Origin: an uncultured Pseudomonadota bacterium
GTDB lineage: Bacteria; Oederibacteriota; Muellerivitia; Muellerivitales; Muellerivitaceae
Direction: 5' to 3'
DNA length: 64,000 nt
Assembly (NCBI GenBank): GCA_963836235.1
Contig: CAWIIP010000002.1
Coordinates: 832,001 to 896,000 of the forward strand
This document shows positions 31,608 through 39,897 of the stretch, piece after piece (position 1 is the first letter of the stretch; each line of letters begins with the position of its first letter). The notes beneath the pieces were generated by a model. The model made no database searches. It had not been told where the DNA came from and saw only the letters and a list, made by a program, of their open reading frames with translations. The translations under genes were made by a program, and so were the position numbers.

Positions 31608-32159
31608 TCAACTGTTGCCGTTGATCACCACGGCGACCCCGATGCCTTCGGCGTTTCCAAGGGGTGGGCTTGTTCCATTGGTCAGCACGATATTGACATT
31701 GTTACTGTTAGAGGCTTGGGGACAATAAGAAGTGGTGCCGGGGCCGCTCCCCTGGCTCAGAACAAACGCAACCGTATGACCCTTGGTAACGCCGGGGTCC
31801 CCTCCTAAAGTGAAAGTTACCGGCTGATAGGCAGAGTTATTCAATAGGGAAACGGCTCCGCTGGAGGCGGTCCCGATGACGCTGCCGTTATAAGCCGTAT
31901 CCGTGACCGTTAAATTATAGTTGTAGCTTCCCGTTTGGTTGACCAACAACCATGCCACGACACTGGACATGCTGCTGCCCGGATAGGGTTGGACGTAAAA
32001 GCCGTTACCCGAGATTCCATTGTTGAAACCAAAAGTGATGGCGCCGCTCCAGGGATTCTCGATCAGGGCCGAGTTCGGCGCGGTAGGGGGCTTAGGACAA
32101 CCCATCATGAAAAGAACCGGTAAGAAAAGCACCGGCAAAAGCCACTTGAACTTTTTCAT
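31608..32159 (-). CDS. Hypothetical lipoprotein
   Basis: Lipobox MMGC; GGAGG RBS. Confidence 0.75.
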   Translation of the reverse strand: MKKFKWLLPVLFLPVLFMMGCPKPPTAPNSALIENPWSGAITFGFNNGISGNGFYVQPYPGSSMSSVVAWLLVNQTGSYNYNLTVTDTAYNGSVIGTASSGAVSLLNNSAYQPVTFTLGGDPGVTKGHTVAFVLSQGSGPGTTSYCPQASNSNNVNIVLTNGTSPPLGNAEGIGVAVVINGNS

Positions 32160-32263
32160 TCCGCCTCCTAATTCCTTGTATTTTAGACGCCCATCATTTA
32201 TTTTTCAGGTTGTTCTTACCTATACTGAATAAGTCAAATAAAACCGAACCACGGAGGAAACTC

Positions 32264-32857
32264 ATGAAAAAGGGATTATGGCTGGCTTTACTGCTGATTT
32301 TACCCGGGATGGCCCTTGCGGACGAGGGTGACATTCCCGCCGACCAAAGATGGACCGAGACCGCCGATGGCAGCCTCGCCCTGCCCCTCAGCACCAGTGT
32401 GGCCCAAGCCTTCAGCACGGGATTCGGGGGAGACCTTTCCGTGGGATATCGGCTTGATCGCACCTTCACCTTGGCCGTAGCCTCAGGTTATTACCAATAC
32501 GATATTTCCAAGCCCACTGCGGGCGAGAGTGGAAATTTTTCTTACGTTCCCCTCATGGGAGTAGCCCGGTTTAACCTGACCCACGAAGCCATCCGGCCTT
32601 ATCTCTTCCTGGGCTTGGGCGTGGCCCTTAATTCTTATTCCCAGACTTTCAGTTCGGAAAGTTCCAAGAGCACCCAAACCGATTTCTTGATGGCTCCCGG
32701 AGCGGGGGTTTTATTCAAGGTCGCGGACTCCGCCGCCCTATTCCTCCAGGCGAGGGTCGATATGGACTTTACCGGCGCCAACGGGTTTGGTGGGACCAGC
32801 AACAGCCCCACCATTTTTATTCCCATCCAGGCGGGTATCGGCTTTTTCGTCAATTAA
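32264..32857 (+). CDS. Outer-membrane beta-barrel protein (OmpW/OMP_b-brl-like)
   Basis: Signal peptide ALA, RPYLFLGLG, aromatic C-terminus. Confidence 0.75.
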   Translation: MKKGLWLALLLILPGMALADEGDIPADQRWTETADGSLALPLSTSVAQAFSTGFGGDLSVGYRLDRTFTLAVASGYYQYDISKPTAGESGNFSYVPLMGVARFNLTHEAIRPYLFLGLGVALNSYSQTFSSESSKSTQTDFLMAPGAGVLFKVADSAALFLQARVDMDFTGANGFGGTSNSPTIFIPIQAGIGFFVN

Positions 32858-32884
32858 TCCAATTTTAGAACAGGAAAACCACGA

Positions 32885-34249
32885 ATGGCCGCGCTAGTCG
32901 ACCCACCCATCATCCGGGCCCGTTATCCCTTTGAGTTCTTTTTTCAGTTTTCCAATGACGCGCTGGGCTTTCTCGCCCGCGCCGCCCGGACCCACGGGGA
33001 TATCTGCTGTTTCAAAGTGGGCCCCTGGCGGGCTTACCTTTTGAATCATCCTGACCTGATACAGGAAGTCCTCAGCGTTCAGCCCCAGAATTTCCAAAAG
33101 GAACCGGCCCTTCAAATCACCCGGACCATCCTGGGGGAAGGCCTCTTGACCAGCGAGGGAAATCTCCATAAACGCCAGCGTCGCCTCATCCAGCCCGCCT
33201 TCCACCGCCAAAGGGTGGCTTCCTACGCCGAAATCATGGTGGAAAAGGCGCAGGGCCTAACCCGGGAATGGAAGGACGGCCAAACCCTGGATATCAACGA
33301 GGAAATGATGCATATCGCCCTAGCCATCGTGGGCAAGGCGCTTTGCGGCGTGAACCTGGAGGAAGAGGCGGCGGAAATCGACCAGGCCCTGGGCACCGCC
33401 ATGAGGGCCTTTAAGGATTGGATGTACCGCCCCTTCCCCACCTTTTGGCCGAAACTCCCCCTGCCCAAAACCTTAAAAGTGCGAAAGGCCCGCCGCCAGC
33501 TGGACCAAACCGTGTTCCGGATTATTGAACAGCACCGCCAAAGGGGCACGGACAACGGGGACCTGCTTTCCATGATGCTCTTCTCCGAAGAAAGTTCGGA
33601 AGGGGGAACCCGGATGACCGATGCCCAGGTCAGGGACGAAGCCATGACCCTGCTTTTGGCCGGCCATGAAACCGTAGGCAACGCCCTGACCTGGACCTGG
33701 TACCTGCTTTCCCAAAACCCCCAAGCCGAGGCCAAGCTTCACGAAGAATTGGGCAGGGTTCTAGGCGGCAGGGCGTCCCGCATGGAGGACATTCCCCAAC
33801 TGCGTTATACCGAAATGGTTTTTTCCGAATCCATGCGCCTGCTTCCCCCGGCCTGGGCCCTGGGATACCAGGCCATCCGCGCCACGAAGATAGGGGGTTA
33901 CGACATCCCGAAAGGTTCGGTGGTCAACATGGTCCAATATTTGATGCACCGGGACCCACGTTATTGGGAGGACCCGGAAAAATTCAACCCAGAGCGTTTC
34001 ACCCCTGAGGCCAAGGCCGCCCGCCCCCGTTTCACCTACTTTCCCTTTGGAGGGGGGCCGCGCCAATGCATCGGGGAACCCTTCGCCTGGATGGAAGGGG
34101 TCTTGGTCTTGGCCACGCTGGCCCAACGCTGGGTGCCCCGCCCGGTTCCGGGCTACAAGCTGGAACTTTTCCCTTCCATCACCTTGAGGCCCAGGAACGG
34201 AATGCCGATGGTATTGAAGGAACGCAAGCCTTCCCTGGTGGCGGTTTAA
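32885..34249 (+). CDS. Cytochrome P450
   Basis: AGHET, ESMR (ExxR), [14 protein letters not shown] heme motif. Confidence 0.96.
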   Translation: MAALVDPPIIRARYPFEFFFQFSNDALGFLARAARTHGDICCFKVGPWRAYLLNHPDLIQEVLSVQPQNFQKEPALQITRTILGEGLLTSEGNLHKRQRRLIQPAFHRQRVASYAEIMVEKAQGLTREWKDGQTLDINEEMMHIALAIVGKALCGVNLEEEAAEIDQALGTAMRAFKDWMYRPFPTFWPKLPLPKTLKVRKARRQLDQTVFRIIEQHRQRGTDNGDLLSMMLFSEESSEGGTRMTDAQVRDEAMTLLLAGHETVGNALTWTWYLLSQNPQAEAKLHEELGRVLGGRASRMEDIPQLRYTEMVFSESMRLLPPAWALGYQAIRATKIGGYDIPKGSVVNMVQYLMHRDPRYWEDPEKFNPERFTPEAKAARPRFTYFPFGGGPRQCIGEPFAWMEGVLVLATLAQRWVPRPVPGYKLELFPSITLRPRNGMPMVLKERKPSLVAV

Positions 34250-34255
34250 GAATAT

Positions 34256-34340
34256 CACCCTCATCCCTTCCTTCTCCCGTCAAGGGAGAAGGGGTCACGT
34301 CTCCCTCGCCCCTTGCGGGAGAGGGCCGGGGTGAGGGGTG
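34256..34340. repeat. REP-like double hairpin between convergent genes
   Basis: CCTTCTCCC-GTCAA-GGGAGAAGG and CCCTCGCCC..GGGAGAGGG..GGGTGAGGG. Confidence 0.75.
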
Positions 34341-34341
34341 C

Positions 34342-34902
34342 TTAAGTCGTTAAAATAAACTCCACCAAACCCAACCATTCGATTTCCTGGATTTTTGCGA
34401 GCGTCCGGTAGGCAGGTGAGTCTGAATCCTCTTGGCGGAAACGGTCGCACAAATCCACGAAAGCTTCCGGCTCCCAGGTCTTGGACTTCTCCATCTTTTT
34501 AACCAGGGATTCGAGTTCTGAAGCCGGATTTTCCTTTAGGTCGGCCAATGCCTTATTTCCAATGCCCTCATATACCTTCGCCGGAGCATGCACCCGGGCA
34601 TACCAGTATTTGGAATTGCCCGCGTCCGGCTCCCGCCTATGCAGAATGGCGTGTAGCCAGTTGCCAATAGGGCCTTCATGGTCTTGGGCGATATTATGGG
34701 CTTCTTCAAAACAATCGAAGCAGAGATAGAGGGCGCTTTGGATGAGCGGGGTCTTGGCGCTTTTCTTGTCCTGTTCGACCAGATCGGCCACCGCTTCCCG
34801 GCCCTTCACCACGGGTTTCCCCCGTTCCAACCGTGTGAAAGGATGGGGCTCCTGTTTCCTCGCCAATTCCATGAGGGTTAATATTTTTGGGGAGTTGTTC
34901 AT
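34342..34902 (-). CDS. Conserved hypothetical protein
   Basis: AHNIAQD...WLHAILHRREPDAGNSKYWY motif. Confidence 0.75.
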   Translation of the reverse strand: MNNSPKILTLMELARKQEPHPFTRLERGKPVVKGREAVADLVEQDKKSAKTPLIQSALYLCFDCFEEAHNIAQDHEGPIGNWLHAILHRREPDAGNSKYWYARVHAPAKVYEGIGNKALADLKENPASELESLVKKMEKSKTWEPEAFVDLCDRFRQEDSDSPAYRTLAKIQEIEWLGLVEFILTT

Positions 34903-34952
34903 CCAAGCCTTCCCATTTCAAATGAATCTCAGACAATTCCAAGCCTAAGACG

Positions 34953-35468
34953 CTATAAAGCCTTTTTCTCAATTTTTCTTATGAAATCGGTCTTGGCCGC
35001 CGCATATTCATTACCGTCGTTAAATTGAGGGGCTAGAAGTCTTTTGAGCTTTTCGTACTCAAAGGCGGCTTCCCTATTGGCGCGAAGATAATCGCGGAAG
35101 GCAAGGTGGCGTTTCCAAAACTCCGTTCCCTGTTCGACAAGATGAATATGATGTTCAAAAACATTCCCCGTTTTGGCTCTTCGAAAATAGCGGCGAAAGG
35201 GAAAGTCGGTTTCATATTTTTGGATGTACTCATAACCCAAGCTGACGATGGGAGCCAGACAATAGTAGTCGGCATCCTGGAGTATTCGGACACCCACCAT
35301 GATGTCAATGACCGGTTTTGCGCCAAGCCCGGGAACAGCGGTGCTTCCGATATGCTCTATACCCAATGCCCATTTGCCCACACAGCTAAGCAAGCGGTCT
35401 TTTTCTTCCTCGAATAGTCCAGGCCAAAGAGGATCGTAATCCACGATAACAATGCTAGGCGCCCCCAA
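34953..35468 (-). CDS. GrpB family (nucleotidyltransferase-fold) protein
   Basis: YDPLWP, IEHIGSTAVPGL.AKPVIDI, FRDYLR; TTG start after AAGGAG. Confidence 0.88.
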   Translation of the reverse strand: MGAPSIVIVDYDPLWPGLFEEEKDRLLSCVGKWALGIEHIGSTAVPGLGAKPVIDIMVGVRILQDADYYCLAPIVSLGYEYIQKYETDFPFRRYFRRAKTGNVFEHHIHLVEQGTEFWKRHLAFRDYLRANREAAFEYEKLKRLLAPQFNDGNEYAAAKTDFIRKIEKKAL

Positions 35469-35922
35469 TGGACGACTCCTTACTCCATTCCAAGGCCTCT
35501 TCCAACACTTCCTCGGGTAATCCCCATTCTTTGTAACCTTGCTTGACCTGCATCTGATATCCCAGATTAGGCTGGCCGAAGGGCGGGTTTTCCTGGGCCA
35601 ATTGGTAACAGGCCGCCGCCACCTTTTCCCCATCGTCCTTCTCCACCGTCACTTCCAACTTCTGGTAAATCCCTTTCTCGCAGGCCTCGGCCCGGTCTAA
35701 ATATTGGATCATGACCTCGTTCAGTTCATAAAGGGTTCCCGGAACGAAGCGGGTGGGGTCGGGGATCAGGTTAACGACCGGGCCCTTTCGCTCGGTGGAG
35801 TGGCCCATGAAAGCCAGGCGGTAACCCTTGAGAACGGCACGGGTGACAGGAATGTTGCCCATGAGACGCCGTTCCATCTGGGAACGCAGAAGGCTTGAAC
35901 CGTAAGCGAAATAAAGTGACAT
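35455..35922 (-). CDS. Gamma-glutamylcyclotransferase (AIG2-like) family protein
   Basis: LYFAYGS...QM..R, GYRLAF, LDRAE. Confidence 0.85.
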   Translation of the reverse strand: MSLYFAYGSSLLRSQMERRLMGNIPVTRAVLKGYRLAFMGHSTERKGPVVNLIPDPTRFVPGTLYELNEVMIQYLDRAEACEKGIYQKLEVTVEKDDGEKVAAACYQLAQENPPFGQPNLGYQMQVKQGYKEWGLPEEVLEEALEWSKESSIGGA

Positions 35923-35940
35923 AAAAACCTCAAAGACAGA

Positions 35941-36054
35941 TTGAACCACCAAGACACCAAGGGCACCAAGAAAGGCAAAAAAATAATCTCTTCTAACAAA
36001 TTTTAAAATTTCGTCTTTCGCTGTTCTTGGTGCCCTTGGTGTCTTGGTGGTTAA
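35941..36054. repeat. REP/MITE-like element with perfect 29-bp inverted arms
   Basis: AACCACCAAGACACCAAGGGCACCAAGAA (35944-35972) and its reverse complement (36024-36052). Confidence 0.92.
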
Positions 36055-36062
36055 TCGGGTTA

Positions 36063-36599
36063 TCAGTCGCCGAAAGGCACCGGGGTTTGAACATCACCGG
36101 GGCCCATCAAGGCCCGGGTCGCGGAGATCTGACTGGTAATCGTGATGTGAACGGGAGCGCCATCTTGGCATAGCCGGAAAAGGGCTACCCGGTCTTCTCC
36201 CGGATTTCCAACACCGAGGATCGCCTGTAATCCTTCCCGCGCCAAGTCAAAGTCCTTGGCGAGGCCGATATTGGGAAGCTGTCCCCAAGGAGGGTTTGTT
36301 TGTTGAATAGCCGCGGTCAATTCCCCCCGTCGCGTGTCGTCCCGGGTGGCGACGGTTAGGTAAACCTTCCAATACCATTTGGACGGAACCACCATGGTGA
36401 AAAACCGGCATTCATTGGCCGCCATGACCAAGTCGTAAGTTTTAAAAGGGTCCAGGGGCGTGGGATTGGCGATCGTGCCGGTAATTCCAGCCCTTTGCTG
36501 GAGGTCGGGGGGATGATCGATGCCCATGTCCCGGGCCAACCCCGCGCAGGACGAAAGGGACAAAAGCATAAAAGCCGCCATGAGATATCTTAGTTTCAC
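36063..36599 (-). CDS. Hypothetical lipoprotein
   Basis: Lipobox LSSC; start uncertain (GTG at 36599). Confidence 0.7.
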   Translation of the reverse strand: MKLRYLMAAFMLLSLSSCAGLARDMGIDHPPDLQQRAGITGTIANPTPLDPFKTYDLVMAANECRFFTMVVPSKWYWKVYLTVATRDDTRRGELTAAIQQTNPPWGQLPNIGLAKDFDLAREGLQAILGVGNPGEDRVALFRLCQDGAPVHITITSQISATRALMGPGDVQTPVPFGD

Positions 36600-36681
36600 A
36601 AAAAAACCTTTTGGCCGCGAATTGACGCGAGTCAACGCGGATGAATTTATTTTTTCTCATCTTCAACAGCGACCATTTACA

Positions 36682-38826
36682 CTAATTCGCGGCTAGTTTT
36701 TCGACGCTTCCCTTGGGGAAATAGTGGCGTAAAATTTCAGCGCAATCCTTGCCCGCCTCGGCTAAACCATAGCATCCCACCTGGCACATTCCAACCCCGT
36801 GGCCCCAGCCGCCGCCATAAATAATAAAATCCTCGGGCCATCCCTTGGGGTCAAATTGGGGCTCGATCCAGATCAGGTTGCTTCGGATGCCCCCTAAACA
36901 ACGGCGGATGCTGTCCGCCTTGAAAACCTTGTTCCCCGCTTCACCCTCCACTAAAAGGCTGTCGGCCCATCCGGCCGTGGAACGGTGCGTCACGATCATC
37001 CGGCGGATGCGGCCGATCCCCGGGGTTTTCTTTTCGATTTCCGTGGCGGGAATGATCCAAACCCAGCGGTAATTTTGGTAGCCACGCAAAGTATAGACCC
37101 TGCACCAGGCTTCCCGGTCTTCCTTGATCCAGGTTTCCATGCGGGCGGGCGAAAGGGGAAATTCCATGTCCTGGTTATAGCGGGAGTCATAATCTTCCAC
37201 GCCCACCACCGGTGACTTGTAACCCCAGGCTTCCTCGTAATCCTGGGTGTGGCCCCCGCATTCGGCGGAAAAAACCACCGGCATTATTTTCCCGTGGTAC
37301 TTCACCACCAGCCCGGCGGTCTGTCGCACCGCCTCGTTGGATTTCGCCTCCTCGGCCTCCACACCCCGATAGACCTGGTCCTGGACGTTATCGGAAACAT
37401 CGTATCCGTCCTCGTTATGGCGCCCCAGTTTGGAAAGGACGTAAGTCCTCACCACGATCGCCTGGGCCTTCAGGGCTTCCATGGGCCAAGTAGACAGCAT
37501 CTCGGAGGGCAAGACGCCCGCGGTGTAATCCTCCAAGGTCACCCGGTTGATGACGTTGAATCCATTCCCTTGGCGCGGGGATATCTCCAAGAACCCCCGA
37601 TAAGCCCGGTCTTCTTCCCGGGCGAAGAAATAACCCTTGTTGAAAGGCACCGCGTGAAGCAGAAGGGGTTTTGAGGGATCAACGGGAACGATCCAGACGC
37701 GTTGGTCAAAAGTAACGAGGGTTCTTTTCTTTTTATCCTGAATGAGCCATTGGTCCTTGGGCGCTTGGGAGGACTTGCCTCTTTCATAATAAACATCGTA
37801 GTCTTCACCCCCCTTAAGGATGGTTAGGGGTGTTTGAGCAGGAGCCTGCCCTGAGCCAGGTAAACCGGTCGAAGGGGTCATGACCCGCATGTCCGATTGG
37901 CCCCGGAATAGGAGATGCCCCATTCCGGTGAAAATCCCCACACGAATGGTCACCGCGGAAGCCTCGATGGGCTTGGCATTTGAGGGAATCCAATCCTCCC
38001 ATTGTTTTTGGCGTTCCTTCTTGCGCTCTTTGGCCTCTTGGGGTGCGAGCAGGGCCACCCCTTGCGCCTCTTTTTTCAGTTTTAAATCGTCCGGTTCGAT
38101 GGCCATGGCCTGCTCGTATTTTGCCAGGGATTCTCGGTATTTTCCCTTTTGGGCGAGCAACAAGGCCATATAGCGGTGCGCGTACTTGTAACTTCCGTCC
38201 TGCTTCACCACCGCTGTGTAATCCTTTAAAGCCTCCTCCGCATCCCCCAGTGCCCGGGAAACTTCGGCCAACTGCCAAATGGCCATGGCGAAATGGGGTT
38301 GGAGAGCCGTTAAGGTCAAAAGGTATTTTTGGGCTTCCTTGAGGGCTTCCCTGGCCGAAGCCTGGGTTCGAATATTTTTCCATTGGGACTGGTAAAGGCG
38401 CAATCGCGCCAATCCCCAAAGAAGTTCCGGGTCCTTGGGATGTTCCCGGTCCAGTTCCCCCAAGCTTTGGCCCGCGTTGGAAAAATCTCCCATTTGTTCC
38501 TGAGCCAGGGCCAGGGAAACCCGTACCTTCCAATCCTCTTTCTTCACCAGGTAACTTTGGTAGGCGGCAACGGTGCCGGAATAATCGCCTTGGCTCTTGT
38601 CCAGGTCCGCCAATTCCAGCCAAAGATAAAGCTGGCCGGGATTTTCCTCCAGCTCTTGGTGGATGGCTTGGTCGATCTCGGCCGTCTTTCCTTGGGCGAA
38701 AAGCTTGCCGATTTTTAATTGGAACGACTCGGGAAAAACGGGAGAAGTAACCTGCAAAAAAATAAAGTTAACCGCCAAGGCGCCAAGGCGCCAAGAAAAT
38801 CTTTTCCGGCCAGAAGAAAAAAACAT
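36682..38826 (-). CDS. TPR plus SpoIID/LytB domain protein (peptidoglycan lytic transglycosylase-like)
   Basis: TPR helices; GVLPSEM..WPMEALKAQA, DQVY.G, GWGHGVGMCQ, ILRHYF. Confidence 0.92.
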   Translation of the reverse strand: MFFSSGRKRFSWRLGALAVNFIFLQVTSPVFPESFQLKIGKLFAQGKTAEIDQAIHQELEENPGQLYLWLELADLDKSQGDYSGTVAAYQSYLVKKEDWKVRVSLALAQEQMGDFSNAGQSLGELDREHPKDPELLWGLARLRLYQSQWKNIRTQASAREALKEAQKYLLTLTALQPHFAMAIWQLAEVSRALGDAEEALKDYTAVVKQDGSYKYAHRYMALLLAQKGKYRESLAKYEQAMAIEPDDLKLKKEAQGVALLAPQEAKERKKERQKQWEDWIPSNAKPIEASAVTIRVGIFTGMGHLLFRGQSDMRVMTPSTGLPGSGQAPAQTPLTILKGGEDYDVYYERGKSSQAPKDQWLIQDKKKRTLVTFDQRVWIVPVDPSKPLLLHAVPFNKGYFFAREEDRAYRGFLEISPRQGNGFNVINRVTLEDYTAGVLPSEMLSTWPMEALKAQAIVVRTYVLSKLGRHNEDGYDVSDNVQDQVYRGVEAEEAKSNEAVRQTAGLVVKYHGKIMPVVFSAECGGHTQDYEEAWGYKSPVVGVEDYDSRYNQDMEFPLSPARMETWIKEDREAWCRVYTLRGYQNYRWVWIIPATEIEKKTPGIGRIRRMIVTHRSTAGWADSLLVEGEAGNKVFKADSIRRCLGGIRSNLIWIEPQFDPKGWPEDFIIYGGGWGHGVGMCQVGCYGLAEAGKDCAEILRHYFPKGSVEKLAAN

Positions 38827-38872
38827 TTCTTAATTTTACGTCTTTCTTGGCGTTTTGGAGTCTTGGCGGTAA
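38769..38872. repeat. REP/MITE-like element overlapping the start of the SpoIID gene
   Basis: TAACCGCCAAGGCGCCAAGGCGCCAAGAA ... TTCTTGGCGTTTTGGAGTCTTGGCGGTAA. Confidence 0.85.
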
Positions 38873-38890
38873 AAACTTGCCGGATATTTT

Positions 38891-38932
38891 AAAATAAAAA
38901 AGCCCCCTGTAGCGCTTCGCTCCAGGGGGCTT
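38891..38932 (-). terminator. Intrinsic terminator
   Basis: AAGCCCCCTG...CAGGGGGCTT stem followed by a U-tract on the minus strand. Confidence 0.8.
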
Positions 38933-38945
38933 ACGTTCGAAAGGA

Positions 38946-39446
38946 TTATTTCTTGGCCAGTTCCAGTTTTTTGGCGCTCAAAACCGATTCGTCCCGGGAA
39001 TACCAGTAGCCCGTGTTGTCGATGACTTCCAGGTTGGGCACATAACGCTTTTTCACGTAATCCAAAAGCTTGACCACGGAAACGTGGGTGGCCGAGTCAC
39101 CGGTACGGATGCTGGTGCTGGTATGGACTTGGTGCAGAAGCTGGCGGGTCGCTCCGGTCGGACGCTGGCCCGGCATTTCAGCGGGAGCCTTCTCGTAATA
39201 AATGTGGGACAGGTAACCGTCCTTGTCGAAACTCAATTGAAGGGGGGAGGTACTTTTGTTCAAGGTAACCCGGATGCCGCGTAAGGAAAGGCGGGTCCCT
39301 GGTATCTCACCTTCTTGGGTAAAAACATGGTCCACCATTTCATGCGACCAACCAATGACCTGGGCGATCTCACGGAATTCATCCTGGATTTCTCGGATGG
39401 CTTCCTGGCTTTTAATTTTTCCGAAGTAATGAACCGTGGTGGACAT
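38946..39446 (-). CDS. Hypothetical protein
   Basis: GGAGGGG RBS; 166-aa ORF downstream of the HU gene. Confidence 0.75.
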   Translation of the reverse strand: MSTTVHYFGKIKSQEAIREIQDEFREIAQVIGWSHEMVDHVFTQEGEIPGTRLSLRGIRVTLNKSTSPLQLSFDKDGYLSHIYYEKAPAEMPGQRPTGATRQLLHQVHTSTSIRTGDSATHVSVVKLLDYVKKRYVPNLEVIDNTGYWYSRDESVLSAKKLELAKK

Positions 39447-39476
39447 CCATCCCCTCCGTGGGACCAGAGCTTCCTC

Positions 39477-39836
39477 TTACCGGTTGACAACCTCAAGTAA
39501 AATCGACATTTCCAACTGTCCGTTTTTCGCCACGACCGGTGGTTTTTCTTCCGGAATGGAACGAAAAAACTTGCGTAAATTCTTTCCGGCTTTGAATGAA
39601 ACTTTTTTATAAGCGGGGAGAGGTATGGTTAAGTTTCGGGCCATATCACGACCCTTTTTACCGGAAACGATTTTTGTTTGAAAGACCCCAAAATCACGAA
39701 TTTCAATTCTGTGCCCGCTTAAAAGCCCTTCCTCCATGGTGGAAAGAAGCCTTTTGACCACCACTTTGGCGTCAGGCAGGGCAAGTTTTGTGGTCTTTGC
39801 GACTTCGCGCACAATATCTTGTAGAACCACCTTCAT
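39477..39836 (-). CDS. HU/IHF family DNA-binding protein
   Basis: RIEIRDFGVF...GRD...VSFKAGK. Confidence 0.9.
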   Translation of the reverse strand: MKVVLQDIVREVAKTTKLALPDAKVVVKRLLSTMEEGLLSGHRIEIRDFGVFQTKIVSGKKGRDMARNLTIPLPAYKKVSFKAGKNLRKFFRSIPEEKPPVVAKNGQLEMSILLEVVNR

Positions 39837-39843
39837 ACAATGA

Positions 39844-39873
39844 ATTATAGGCCCGATTTTAGGATAAAGTCAA
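39844..39873 (-). promoter_or_regulatory. Sigma70 promoter for the HU-like gene (probably leaderless)
   Basis: TTGACT-N18-TATAAT-N7-ATG, with no SD sequence. Confidence 0.7.
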
Positions 39874-39897
39874 TCTTGCGCCCTGAAATTGTCCTCT

